DNA of 62,892 nt, the filler included, from Asterionella formosa (lineage: Eukaryota): the NCBI GenBank assembly GCA_002256025.1. It is 21 parts of 21 records of this genome, joined end to end, with 100 filler letters (N's around TTAATTAATTAA, not from the genome) between each part and the next. Parts side by side here need not be neighbours in the genome. Positions count along the whole stretch, not along the records: positions 3,560 to 30,919 come from NKIB01001524.1; 20 more parts are not named here. One strand, written 5' to 3'. Position 1 is the first letter of the stretch. Each line of letters starts with the position of its first letter. The notes below the pieces were generated by a model. That model saw only the letters and a program-made list of their open reading frames with translations, was not told the DNA's origin and ran no database searches. Shown in pieces: positions 10,057-21,264 of the stretch. Both the position numbers and the translations under genes were made by a program.

Positions 10057-13000
10057 TCATCCATGTTTTGCAAACTTGGCTTTGAGGATTTGAACCTTGT
10101 GGTTTGCCCCCCAATTCATGTAACACTCAATTGCACGGTCAAAATATGGCTGAGAATCAAAGCCGAGTGCATTTAAGGCAAGAAACGCACGTTCATTAGC
10201 AAGTCCTTCATAGTTTACAAACCCTTGGTTGGCAGATACATGCATGGCATGTTCATATACTTTCACCACCTCATTTGCATCCTTTGATATTAAAGCATTT
10301 CGCTCAGCATCCAAGTGAGCTAAAAATAGTGAGGCAGAGGGACATTCTTTATTGCTGAGCTTTATCATAAGCCTTCTGATTTTATCACCCTTTTGTCGAT
10401 AACTACCAGTATGTCTCCACTTCCTTGAAGTTGATGCCAAAGCATAGAAGGTAAGTCCCGAGTAGAACTTATAGACCAGGAAGCCCCAGTGAAGCTGTAA
10501 AGGATTTCTGACTTTTTCAATTGCTACTATTGTGTCTTCAGCGGTGGCAAGGAATCCACAATGAAATGCAGTTACCAGTTTTGAGAGCCTACAAATAGCC
10601 AATAGAAATGCACTGTTGGCTGACATAGCTCTTTTTGCTATCAAAGCATCATTAGTAGCACTTTCATGCTGCACTAGAAGAGGGTAATACTCAAGATCAG
10701 ATCCAGTTAGAGACAGTATTGCCCACCAGAATTGCATGGCTAGTTGCAAAGCATGCTCTTGCTTAAATGTGTGCATCTTGTCACACAGTATCTTGCATTC
10801 GCTTTCTAGGTTTTGCAATTTTTTCCCACAAAAGTATGACACCATGATGTAGTTGCATGCTGCAAGGAAAGAAAAATCCATATTAGCTTGAGCTTCCCCA
10901 ACAGAATGAGCATGCATCAATTGCTCAGGAGCTTCGATTAAGGATTTTCTCCAATATAAATCAAATGACCATGAAATTAACAGTGTTTCACATGTGGTTT
11001 TGTGCGCCTTCAGTCTATGCAGCATTTTGAGAGAAAGCATGCCAAAACGATATGGACTATATGCTTTTCCCAGCTTTGATCCCAAAGCTCCACAAGCAGC
11101 AATGACAGCTGGTGACATATATGAAACTCCTTGCTGTATTGACAACTGAAGAAGTCTGAGAATAATGATCACAAACAGGTTCGCTTCTCCAACTTGATAT
11201 GCAGCAGACATGAGTCTGTAGAGAATGGTTGTGATCATAATAACTCGTGCATCACCTTCAAGCAAGGGCAAGGAAAGGATGAAATTGTCTGATTTCCCGT
11301 GAAGCAATCGCTTTGTTTTGACAATTTCACCAAAAATTGTGAACATTGTTGGCTGCCTTTTCACTTCTGCTCCCAATTCTTGTAGAATTGAAACACCTTT
11401 GTCAATTGATTGCAATGCCATGGCTTGTGATTTCAGTGAATTGATCTCTGAATAGTATACAGACGCCTTATCCTCAATTGTTCTTCCATTTACCAAAACA
11501 ACCTGTATCATCTTATTGCTAAATTCGAAGTTCCCAATGCAATATCCAATCTCTGCAGCAAGGCTATGCAGCTCTAGACAAAGTTCATAGTGATCGTTCC
11601 ACATAGTTTCTGGATCAAGGAGCTGGATACCGAATTGCAGATAATTTAAGGCACTCAAAAATGCAGATTTCTCGCATTTTGCCAACTTTGCTGCATCAAG
11701 GTTGAGTCGTGCTAAGTCTACCAGATCACCTACCTCAACCAAGCACGCCGACGCATGGTTGAGGTGGTGTACAACTGCAGGAAGAAAATCATTCGATTTT
11801 GGGAGCATTGATTCTCGTATTTGCATCCCGATTCTGAGATGTATCATTGCACGTTCCTTTCCTTCAGGAACGGAATCATAGAGGATGGTCTGAGGATAGT
11901 CATGCACAAACTGCATTTTGATTCCAGCATCATCACATTTTTCAACGATTCCCTCTTCAGTTGCAGCCTCCAGAATTTTACCAATATTTTTCCGCTTTTG
12001 ATTTCCACTTATGTGGCCCATGACCCCATCACTTGAAACTTCGCTAAAATGCAACAGTGGACACGTGGATGTGTGTTCGGATGTCACAATGGTTTCTAGT
12101 ACATCGCGTCGAAACTGAAAGCCAAGATAGGCGGCGTATGTCAGAACTGCTCTCACATGGGGATGGAGCTGTAGCATCTTTTCTGTGAGAGTGCTGACAA
12201 TGTTTGATGAAACACTTGTCTCTGCTTGAATTCTCTCCATGTCGATGAACCACGATGAATTGGATAGAACCATGTATCCCCTGAAAATTAACTGATCCAG
12301 AAACTCAAGCACAAAGAAAGGATTTCCCAAAGTTTTCTCCCATATGCATTGGCTCAACGCCACTGATTCATCATTGGTCATTTCCAATTGATCGCAAATC
12401 AATTCATGAATCGACCTGACATCAAGATTACCAATCGATATTTTGGTCATATTCATCATTCGCTCATCATAAGAATTTCTAAAAATCTTTTCCACATGTT
12501 CAACATTCGAGTTATCGTTACGATATGCAAGCACAAGAAGCACATACTTGCTTTCGATGTTGGTAATGAGGCATCGAATCACTTGCATAGAAGCTTGATC
12601 TGCCCATTGAATGTCATCCAGAAATATGCACAATGGGCTTGCCTTTGTGGCTACGATGTCCAAGAATTTTCGAAAAGCCATGGTCAATTTGGCAGTTGAA
12701 TTCATCATATTTTCTCCTTCCTGCTGCTGCCTAGTCGTTTGTCCAAGGAAAATCGATAGACTAGGCACTAAGTTGCAGAGCAAAGCAGAGTCAGCACCGA
12801 GGTATTCATTCATGTCATTCCTTTTTGACTCGGAATAGTCTGTGACACTCATAATTTCTGCCAATTTATTGAAGGCGTCCGAAATAGCACTAAAGGATTC
12901 ATTCAGTCTAAGCTGATCATACTTTCCAGCTACAAAGTGGCCGCCAACTTCGGTCGAAGTCACAGGGTCTCGAAGGGACTCCGCGACTTTGCTTTTCCCA

Positions 13001-13332
13001 GAGCCTGCTTCACCTGCAACAAGAACCACCTCAGAAGACCCATTCCTAACTCGTGTAAAAGCCTCCAATAGAACATTCAATTCTTTGGTTCGCCCATACA
13101 GTCGACAGGTACGGTTTAAGCGCATCAAGCCCTCTACTCCATAGCTACAAATATCAGAAGGATGTTCGGACGTTCCCGACAAAGAGCTAACGACGCTCAT
13201 TCCATCTTCATCGTCGTCATTTGTACCTTGTTCGCCGTTTAATGATAGTGCAGCAATCGTGGATCCCACGTGTTTCGTTGCACTTAAGGACTCAGAAACG
13301 GGCGACGATCGGATCAAGTCATCGTTCCGCAT
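10057..13332 (-). CDS. STAND-class P-loop ATPase (AAA_16/COG3899-like) with a long helical TPR-like C-terminus, 1091 aa
   Basis: LYGR..E pre-motif, Walker A GEAGSGKS, GKYDQ, Walker B IFLDDIQWAD, GNPFF, FVHD, and a C-terminal GLANERA...Y.NWGA..KV segment. Intronless. Confidence 0.88.
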   Translation of the reverse strand: MRNDDLIRSSPVSESLSATKHVGSTIAALSLNGEQGTNDDDEDGMSVVSSLSGTSEHPSDICSYGVEGLMRLNRTCRLYGRTKELNVLLEAFTRVRNGSSEVVLVAGEAGSGKSKVAESLRDPVTSTEVGGHFVAGKYDQLRLNESFSAISDAFNKLAEIMSVTDYSESKRNDMNEYLGADSALLCNLVPSLSIFLGQTTRQQQEGENMMNSTAKLTMAFRKFLDIVATKASPLCIFLDDIQWADQASMQVIRCLITNIESKYVLLVLAYRNDNSNVEHVEKIFRNSYDERMMNMTKISIGNLDVRSIHELICDQLEMTNDESVALSQCIWEKTLGNPFFVLEFLDQLIFRGYMVLSNSSWFIDMERIQAETSVSSNIVSTLTEKMLQLHPHVRAVLTYAAYLGFQFRRDVLETIVTSEHTSTCPLLHFSEVSSDGVMGHISGNQKRKNIGKILEAATEEGIVEKCDDAGIKMQFVHDYPQTILYDSVPEGKERAMIHLRIGMQIRESMLPKSNDFLPAVVHHLNHASACLVEVGDLVDLARLNLDAAKLAKCEKSAFLSALNYLQFGIQLLDPETMWNDHYELCLELHSLAAEIGYCIGNFEFSNKMIQVVLVNGRTIEDKASVYYSEINSLKSQAMALQSIDKGVSILQELGAEVKRQPTMFTIFGEIVKTKRLLHGKSDNFILSLPLLEGDARVIMITTILYRLMSAAYQVGEANLFVIIILRLLQLSIQQGVSYMSPAVIAACGALGSKLGKAYSPYRFGMLSLKMLHRLKAHKTTCETLLISWSFDLYWRKSLIEAPEQLMHAHSVGEAQANMDFSFLAACNYIMVSYFCGKKLQNLESECKILCDKMHTFKQEHALQLAMQFWWAILSLTGSDLEYYPLLVQHESATNDALIAKRAMSANSAFLLAICRLSKLVTAFHCGFLATAEDTIVAIEKVRNPLQLHWGFLVYKFYSGLTFYALASTSRKWRHTGSYRQKGDKIRRLMIKLSNKECPSASLFLAHLDAERNALISKDANEVVKVYEHAMHVSANQGFVNYEGLANERAFLALNALGFDSQPYFDRAIECYMNWGANHKVQILKAKFAKHG

Positions 13333-14093
13333 GTTTGTGTTAATACTGGTTCAACGGAGATTTGATCCCTTTTGCACGTTGTCAAGTAATGTTATTGCCT
13401 TCCGTAACGTGCTTTAGTAGCTGCTACTTCTTTATGATCCCTCTTGAAAGATAAAGTGAGTTATGTTTAATCTCTTTTTAGGATTCAAGATTGTTCGCTG
13501 GATTGCATGGGTGCTGCTATTTAGCTGCATATCGCTGTATACATACGGCAACATAAAAGACTCCTAAATGACAGGTTACCCCTCGTAGTATATAGAATAT
13601 GAAGCTACTGGTAAAAGCAAAACGCAAGATACGAACGACGAAGGAACAAGCCGGACCTTGCTACGGTGCATTTTCAGGCAATCAAATTCGACTCCTCCTG
13701 TAATGATGTATTTATGCTACTTTTGGGGGATTTATTTGGGTCAAACGAAAATTTATGAGTTCTTAAGGTTCCTGGATTTCAACCCAAAGGCAAAAATTAA
13801 AATATTGCTTAGGGTTGCAAAAATTCCCTGGAACTACGAATTTCTATGGAATAAATTTGGATGACATCATTTCATTTGAAATATTTAAATCAGTGGAAAT
13901 TTGCTCGTGTTTAGATAGGTTCCTTTTCGAAATCGCTAAATATATATATATATACAGTCTACATCGCTCGATGTATATATATACCCTATAATACAATGAA
14001 CAAATATGTTTCATGCGAGCTGGCAGCATGGCAAATATTGCTGATGACTACCGGTATGTACTGGTAAGAAATAAACAAACTCAACAATCCACC

Positions 14094-14520
14094 ATGAGTG
14101 AAAATACACACCATTTGGACAACAATGGTGTCGTTGAATTCAACTACAGTCATGATAGCTGTCCTACATGCCAAGACCAGTTGATTGTAGAGTCGGAAGT
14201 GGAGGGATGTGGGGATTGCATCTTCTGTGAATGCTGTGATTTTTGTTGTCCTGGATGTCAGTGTTGATGGGATGAAGTCGAAGAGTTGTTGGAGACAATG
14301 TATTTGGATGATGATAACATTCTCACAAGAATGAATGCTGAAGATGCATATCACGCCATGAAGAGCCCGCAACCTTCTTTACAAGTTTTCGATCAGAGCT
14401 TTCTGTGGACCATTGGGAAAAGGTATTCAGAAGGAACTTCCTGACTATTGTTTGAAGGGGGTTCAATCCCTTATTAAAAACAAGGACCCCAACGAAGTGA
14501 ACACTGGTTTCATTAAATAA
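14094..14520 (+). pseudogene. Cys-rich protein with a P2X7-ballast/KolX-like C-terminus (one stop, one frameshift)
   Basis: Reading through TGA 14265 and a frameshift near 14360 gives ...CQC*WDEV...RARNLLYKFSIRAFCGPLGKGIQKELPDYCLKGVQSLIKNKDPNEVNTGFIK*. Confidence 0.5.
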
Positions 14521-14529
14521 ATAATTTCA

Positions 14530-16310
14530 TTTATTAAGCGCCTTATTGCTACAACTCTATGATTGGTAGGGTAGCCAGCATAGCGCTTCCTGGCATGCCA
14601 AGCCTGGGTTTTTATGGGTAAAACTTAACCGCCGTGGATCATCCCAACAGGTGTGGTGACGCTTGGTGCTTGTATGCAGGGAGAATAAGGTGGATACATT
14701 CTCTCTAATGAGAGTAAGGGAATTTCATTTGGTGCTGTGTAGTTTTCTTTTATGCCATTCTTTAACCTCGGTTCAGCAAGTAAAGAAAATTGTGAGCTTT
14801 GTTTGAGATCGAGAGGGAGTGAATTGCCCCACTTGGGGATGTGGACGATGGTCCCTTGATTCTCGTGGAATTGTGTTGTAAAACTGGTTCAAATATTGTT
14901 GACCACTTTTTGCCATCCGAGCTGAATCCTCAAATAGGAAGGCTGCCTTTTCCAGAATTCTCCTTTTGGTGCCCAATCTGGCCCTAAGTAAATCCTGGAG
15001 AGGTTGGGTGAACAGGTGGACGTCCCTGGTACTAATAGTTTGCTGGTTGTGATAGTATTCTTGGATTTTTACGTCCATTTCAGATTGGGCTATGGTCGCA
15101 TTTTTGTCTTTGTGTAAGGCATGATTCCGTTCCTCCCATGCTTTGGATGCTAACCCCCACAATTGTGAGATCGCCACCATTGTCCATTTCTGTGCCTGAG
15201 CCAATGTGATGTCTTGGTCAAGATGTGAGCATGGCCTCGCTCCATGTCTTTGTCAGGTATCCCCTGAGGGTCAAACCTTGCCAATTAGCTGTTGGTTAGA
15301 AACCGCCTTTATGATAGCCGCCTTGGTAGTTCCTGATGAATTGTTTCCATGGGGAATGGCGAATGCAGAGGACTGGTTGCTTCACAAATGATGTATGTAG
15401 GCCACGAAAACATGAGTGATGTGGTGTCCTCCTGGCACTTTGCAAAGCTGAGAATCAAAAAGTCATTCTGAGTCCTCTATTGCACTTAATTTTTGAAATG
15501 TTACAGGTGAGGAGATGCTCTGTGGTTTCAAAATCTTTGCAATGAGGACAGGATGTGCTCCCTTTGGAGACGAGAGCGCGTCTTGAGCCTGTTGTAACCA
15601 GCCATGGATGAACTTTGTGATCATCACTCGTTCATTTACCGATTTGGCTTTAAATGCTTGAGAAAATGCCACCCCATGAATACTTGAGTAAGAAAACTCT
15701 ATACTATGTTTTTCTAAGAAGAATGTCTCATACAGTTTTTGTTGTATCGCAACTCTCACTCTATGTGAAGTTGCTCTGTGTATTCTTGTGTTTCCAATAA
15801 GCACGCTGGCTCCCATTTGTAGAAAAACGGTGTATTTGGATGCGGATACTAGCCGGTTTGACCTCTGGGATGCATCAAAAGATATTGCTCCGCCAGAGCA
15901 TTCGCTCTTACATTTAGTTTCGCTGACAACGAGAGTCCCTCTATGTCTCTAGATGTGTCGTGATGCAATCTTACCCAATCCACTTTCATTTCAATTGGTG
16001 TACTACCAACCAGCTCTTGAAGTATGGAGACAATGTCGGCATTAAGAGGAGGTCGTTCCCTTGATATGCCTTCCTTGATAGCCTGGACCTGTTTGATCAC
16101 CACAGCGCTATCACTCCAGCAGATATACAGAGTACTCGATGTATTCACTGCATGATACTTAATAAATTCTGTGAAGAACCGCAAAACTGAGGCGATTGCA
16201 AATAGCTCAGCTTGTGTAGAGCTGTTTCCCTCTGGCTCCCCATCAACCAGGTCTGAGTAAGAAACTGTTTCCCAGTGTACACTGGTTTCAAACCTTCTTC
16301 TAAACATTCT
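14530..16310 (-). mobile_element. 5'-truncated, degenerate non-LTR retrotransposon (RNase H-bearing LINE, 3' part)
   Basis: Broken ORFs encode RNase H-like motifs SSTQAELFA, WSDS, WVRLHHD and LNVRANALA, then KFIHGWL, a C/H-rich segment and LW...WEERNHALH, typical of LINE ORF2 C-termini. Confidence 0.7.
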
Positions 16311-16525
16311 AAGTCTACTACCAGTGATCAGTTTTCTTTCCTATTTTAATTCATTTCAATAGAATTTCTACTTCTATCCACCTACAGATGTCATTTCAAA
16401 ACATTTCAGAAGTGAGGAGGTGGCATGCATTCGAAATGATTTCTATGTCACAAATTATTTTTTATATTTCAATTTTGCTCTATATTTTAACACACAACAA
16501 CAACAAAAACAACAGAAAAAGCAAT

Positions 16526-17330
16526 ATGCCGCGTTCCAGAAGTGGTCGACTTCTTTCTGGAATTGGAACTGGTGGACATGGAGGTCGAAATATAATTGGG
16601 GATGAATATCAGAATTGGTGGTCCTCTAAAATACCATTCCATCCCCCCCAAAAAAATCACATCAACAATTTAACCAGAATCTCAACTTAACAGGAATCAT
16701 CTAATCAATCATCATTCATTGCTGAAGTTGCTGCAGGAAGATACATGATGCAAAAGTTGTGCTGATACTTTTGTAAAAGAATATTGCAAACAATCACTTT
16801 GTGACTTTGTAACTTACTTTATATGAATTTGAAAACATAAGTTGTCCATCGAACAGCAATGTGAAGCATTTCTAGACCCAGGATCATAGTATGCTTGGCC
16901 AACCAATTTCTGCACAATACACAAAGGATGTATACAAGCAATGTGGAATGGAGATTTCACAGCTGCAAGAATCCTTCTGGAGACAAAAGGAAAAGCGACA
17001 GAACGACGATGCAGCTTACAAAGCCCAATTCAAACGGAAAAGTAAACGAAGCGAATTGAAAAAATACCTACTGCATGATTTGAAAAAGTCTAACAAGAAA
17101 GGCAAGACAAAAAATCAGGTAAGACTTACGGCTAGATATGCTGGTGTGGCGCTAACAGAAAGTCATGAGACAGCAAGGAAAGTCAACATGATCAATGTAA
17201 ACTTTGTGGTCAAAATGATCATCGAAGGAAAAGCAGTACACTCTGTCCATTCTTTGAAGGCAAACTGCATTCTAGTACTGGTGGTACACGTACGAGTTAC
17301 GAAGAACCAAAATAGTTTTACATTTTGATC
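16526..17330 (+). pseudogene. Degenerate DNA-transposon-like gene remnant with a C-terminal zinc knuckle
   Basis: Fragments include a K/R-rich helix and, in another frame, CKLCGQNDHRRKSSTLCPF at about 17195-17250. Many stops. Confidence 0.45.
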
Positions 17331-17594
17331 AATGGTGCTGTTATCAATTAAGACACTCTAATATGCTGCTCTTTATATCTCCCCTATTTGCAGGAACCTT
17401 TTGCTTCTCAGCGATTGCCCACACAAGCAAGCAAAGCAGTGATATCAGAATGCTGTTCAGCAATTTATACAACTACTATTAGTAGTATCACTAGCTAGTC
17501 ATGTAATTTAAATATAGTTCTCTTAGATACAACAATAATATTAATATTGCAATAGCACCAATTTACTTTGATCATTCATAGAAATTGCGGTCGT

Positions 17595-19690
17595 TGATCC
17601 AGAAATTATGTGATCAGACAAACAACAATATATTGTTAGTTGGTCCCAAAAATTATGTGATTTTTTAAAATAATTGTGGAAGTTGCCGAAACTATTTTAG
17701 TTCACTCTTAACATGAACCGGTATATTATGTGATGCATCACATTTAATATGTGATGTCATACCCTTAAATTGTGTACGTAGCCAAATTCATCATATTGAG
17801 CCACCCAAATAAATAATTTGGGTGATCATATTTGACTGGCGTTTTTTCTCGCGGCTGTACTGCCAAGCAATAATCGGCGTTGTCGATGCTATTATGCTGG
17901 TATCACCACATAATAAAATAAAGAGTCCCTAATTTCTTTTCAATTATTATTTTTACGCTTACACTTTTTTCTTTGATATTAAGTTCCAAAAAAGACATTT
18001 TTGTCAAGGCTGACCTTCATCGACGACTTAACAAATTACCGGTAAAAACAATCAATTCTTAAATGGCTGATAAATAACTATTTTCACATCTTTTGCTCAT
18101 AATATAGTCATGTTCTTGCTACAGTCCTCATCGTATTATTGTAGAGCTACTGAAAAAGTGTCAAATCCGTTTGTACCATGATCGTGGTTTTGAATTATTG
18201 TGCACGGCAAAGATACGTCAAAAAATGCTCCATCGGCGTCTTCAATTTTCGATGTCAATACTAGCTAGTGTAATTATAATAATTCTGTTACGATTGTATT
18301 TGAGATGTTTTGCTTGGTATATGTTCAAAATAGGAAAGCGTCGCTCTCAATTTTCTTAGATATTTTCGTCATAGTCAAGACTGGAACGACATGATGCAGG
18401 AAGCTCCAGCCGATAATGACGACTACACTGCAGTGTTTTGTATATAAAAAATCGCGATCATCTGAGCCAAATAATATACTTGGCAGCCCTTACGAGCAAT
18501 ATGGGTACTGATACCCAGAACATGAATCCAAGTGTATCTATTGTTCTTACCGGTAGTTCTTGAAGGGCGGTAATTTTGGTGTCCTCATGGTAGACTCATA
18601 CAACACTGCAGACCACGCCAGTATTTTGTGTGTTCATTTTACTGTAGTCTGATACATTCTATTAATACATGAGCACAAATGTATGCACGACTATTTTTAA
18701 TGAATCAAATATTCTATCAGCGTCATCCTGACACGACAAAATTGAAAAATCTTCATGCCGACAAGAAATTTGACAATGACAATGAGGGACTCTGTGTGGT
18801 AAGTTCAACGCAATCACTCTTCTATTCTAAGCTTCTTCTTCTCACACACCTAGATCCATTATAATTGATGTCCTTCCTTTACCATTTTTCTTTCGATGCA
18901 CTGACAAAAATGATTCTTTATTATCTTGATAGGATTCAGCGATGAGCCTCACATTTGAAGTTAGTACATCAATGAATAATTAAATGAAACAAGGTACTAA
19001 GGATCATGAATGCAACGTTGATTAGACATGGTGATCTATTTATAATTTCTGAATCAGGATTACATCACTTTTACTCTCATCTCTTTTTCTTCTCAGATAA
19101 TACCACATCGAAACCATTATTGCTTGCTTCTTAGCCGTATTGTTTGCCTTTATCAAGATTCAAGGGGAGCTGATGAAATGAGAGTGCTGCGGCTGTCGTC
19201 TATAGGTCAAATGAATACTACCTGAAGACAAGCTAGAATGGTTCCCGATTGCTCCTTTACTTTGAGTTTCAGCATAACATAATACTAGCTAAATTGCTGA
19301 GAATAAGAAAGATTGTTATCACTTTGCTTTCTATTTAGCACTTGCACTTTTTTGCCTTCATTTGTATATATTTCGTGATTTTTGTGAACGTTAGCTATAT
19401 GTGGTTGTTGATAAAGAAAATTATTTGATCAGGCATAAAAAATATTATTAGTTTGCCCCAAAAAATTTTTGGGTTCATAAAATATTTATGAAAGTTGTCG
19501 AAACTATTTTAGTTCCCTCCTAAAATGTATATTATATGATGCATCACATTTTATATTTGATTTCATATCCTTAATTTATGTACGTTGCCAAATTTTTCAT
19601 AGTGGACCACCCAAATAATTATTTTGGGTGATCATATTTGACTAGCTTTTTTTCGGCGGCTGTACCAATAATCGGCGCTGAAGATGCAGA
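17595..19690 (+). repeat. Pair of diverged ~280-bp direct repeats (17595-17890 and 19410-19690), probably transposon termini
   Basis: Shared GAAACTATTTT(T)AGTTC, GATGCATCACATTT, CACCCAAATAA...TTTGGGTGATCATATTTGACT hairpin, GCGGCTGTAC and CAATAATCGGCG. Confidence 0.75.
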
Positions 19691-20022
19691 CATGCAGACC
19701 ATGATAAAATGATTTTTAATTTTCGATTTTGTACAACTGCTTGACATTTTTATTAGTTGCCTAGATAGAATACACATGTCACTAGCAATATATGAAAGAA
19801 ACGTTCACTTAGCTTTGATATTCATTGCAAAATAGCTAAAATAGAAAATCGGCGGAAGCAAAATGGCGCTCGACCGCACGACAAAATCTCCATGATTTCT
19901 TTCCGGATCAAAACCCAAGTAGTTTGTACATAACTATCGTACATCAAGGAGACATAGACTACAACATCAGTAGCTGAAAACAACAATTGATTTATAATTC
20001 GTGATTTATCTGTTTGCAATAG

Positions 20023-20320
20023 AGGGAATGGATTATGGTAGTTGGTTAAGCATGATGCCTTTGATCTGAAGTTGTGTGGTTCGATTCCCGCAATTTTTCG
20101 AGAAGCAATTGTTGGGTTTCGACTCCCACACTCCTTACTGTGCAAGAAATAGTAGGTTTGCCCCCCTACAAGCAGCTTGTGCCACCTTCCTAGGCGGGCG
20201 GAGTTCCCCTAACGCTGCAGCTAAGACGATCGATCACCTTTCGTGAAATGTGGTTGGGGACTCACCTATGCTAACAAAGCAAGGGAAGCACAGCAGGTCT
20301 CTTCAGCAGGCAGCACAATG
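20023..20320 (+). mobile_element. tRNA-derived SINE-like repeat (copy B)
   Basis: Head with A-box-like TGGTAGTTGG and B box GGTTCGATTCC, plus a CTTTGA anticodon-loop-like segment. The body is homologous to 5810-6095. The 3' end is not defined. Confidence 0.65.
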
Positions 20321-21264
20321 AGTACTTGCTTGAAAAAGGGGAGAAGGAATGGGCTGTAAAACATTATCATATCTGTTTGCATATCATCATTGTCTTGACG
20401 TTGCCACTACACTTCCGGGATTCTTTTGGATAATCGCCGAACTGACTCTTTCTTTACAAATGTCTTGTAGTATATTACAAATGACTGTCAGAGTGGAGTC
20501 GGTATTTTCAGCTCAACATAAAATAGTCATCACAAGACAACGTAATATTATGTAAATGATTTTAGAAGTCTCATATACTTAAAATGTCAATTAAATTTAT
20601 GGTACATAAAAGCTATCCAATAATTGCACTCGGGCCCAATAAATGGACACAATTAGTATCAGTTTTATTTGCCTGTATGGAGCAACGGCACCTGTCTTTT
20701 CGTCAGCCGCACCCCTGGAATCCTAAGGACTACATGAAAAAGACAGGTGGAGAATGCATGAATCAAACCTACCACCGCAGAAGGGTGTGCTAACCACTAG
20801 TAGGCCATTCCCCAAGTCTCATAGTTTCACTTAGGATGGATGGTCCTATGTAAACTGTCAAAGTTATGATCCTTTCCAATGGACATGACATCTCCACTGA
20901 TGCCAGACTTGCGTGTCAAGACTAATTCAAACCCAGTGAATCATCCTTGGATCTCCTTTCCGGATCCTGCTGCTATAAGCTGACGCATTGTTGGCAGGCA
21001 GGGCGGTTGGGGAGGTCAATTAATAGAAGCCTGTCGAGAACCGATAGAACAACGTCAACTGAGCTGAGATATGCAATAGAACAAGCACTCTCAAGGTATC
21101 TCTACCCTGGAGAGATTTCCCTTAATCTAAACTCATAACCCCCCTGTATGATCGTTCCTGCTTGGTCAACCAATGAACCCCCTTTGAGCCCTTTTTGCCA
21201 CCTTTTTCAATGCTATGTGAAGGCGACTTCTAAATCTCTGTCTGTATCTGAGGATACAGAGGAA

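Noticed and set aside
20023..20096. Functional tRNA gene (also 21638-21696)
   Set aside because: The cloverleaf is incomplete (poor stems or missing anticodon arm) and each continues into a repeat body, so these are SINE heads.
20150..20285. HDV-like ribozyme
   Set aside because: P3-like and P4-like pairings and GCTAA are present, but P1.1 and a canonical L3 could not be assigned, so it is not called as a feature.
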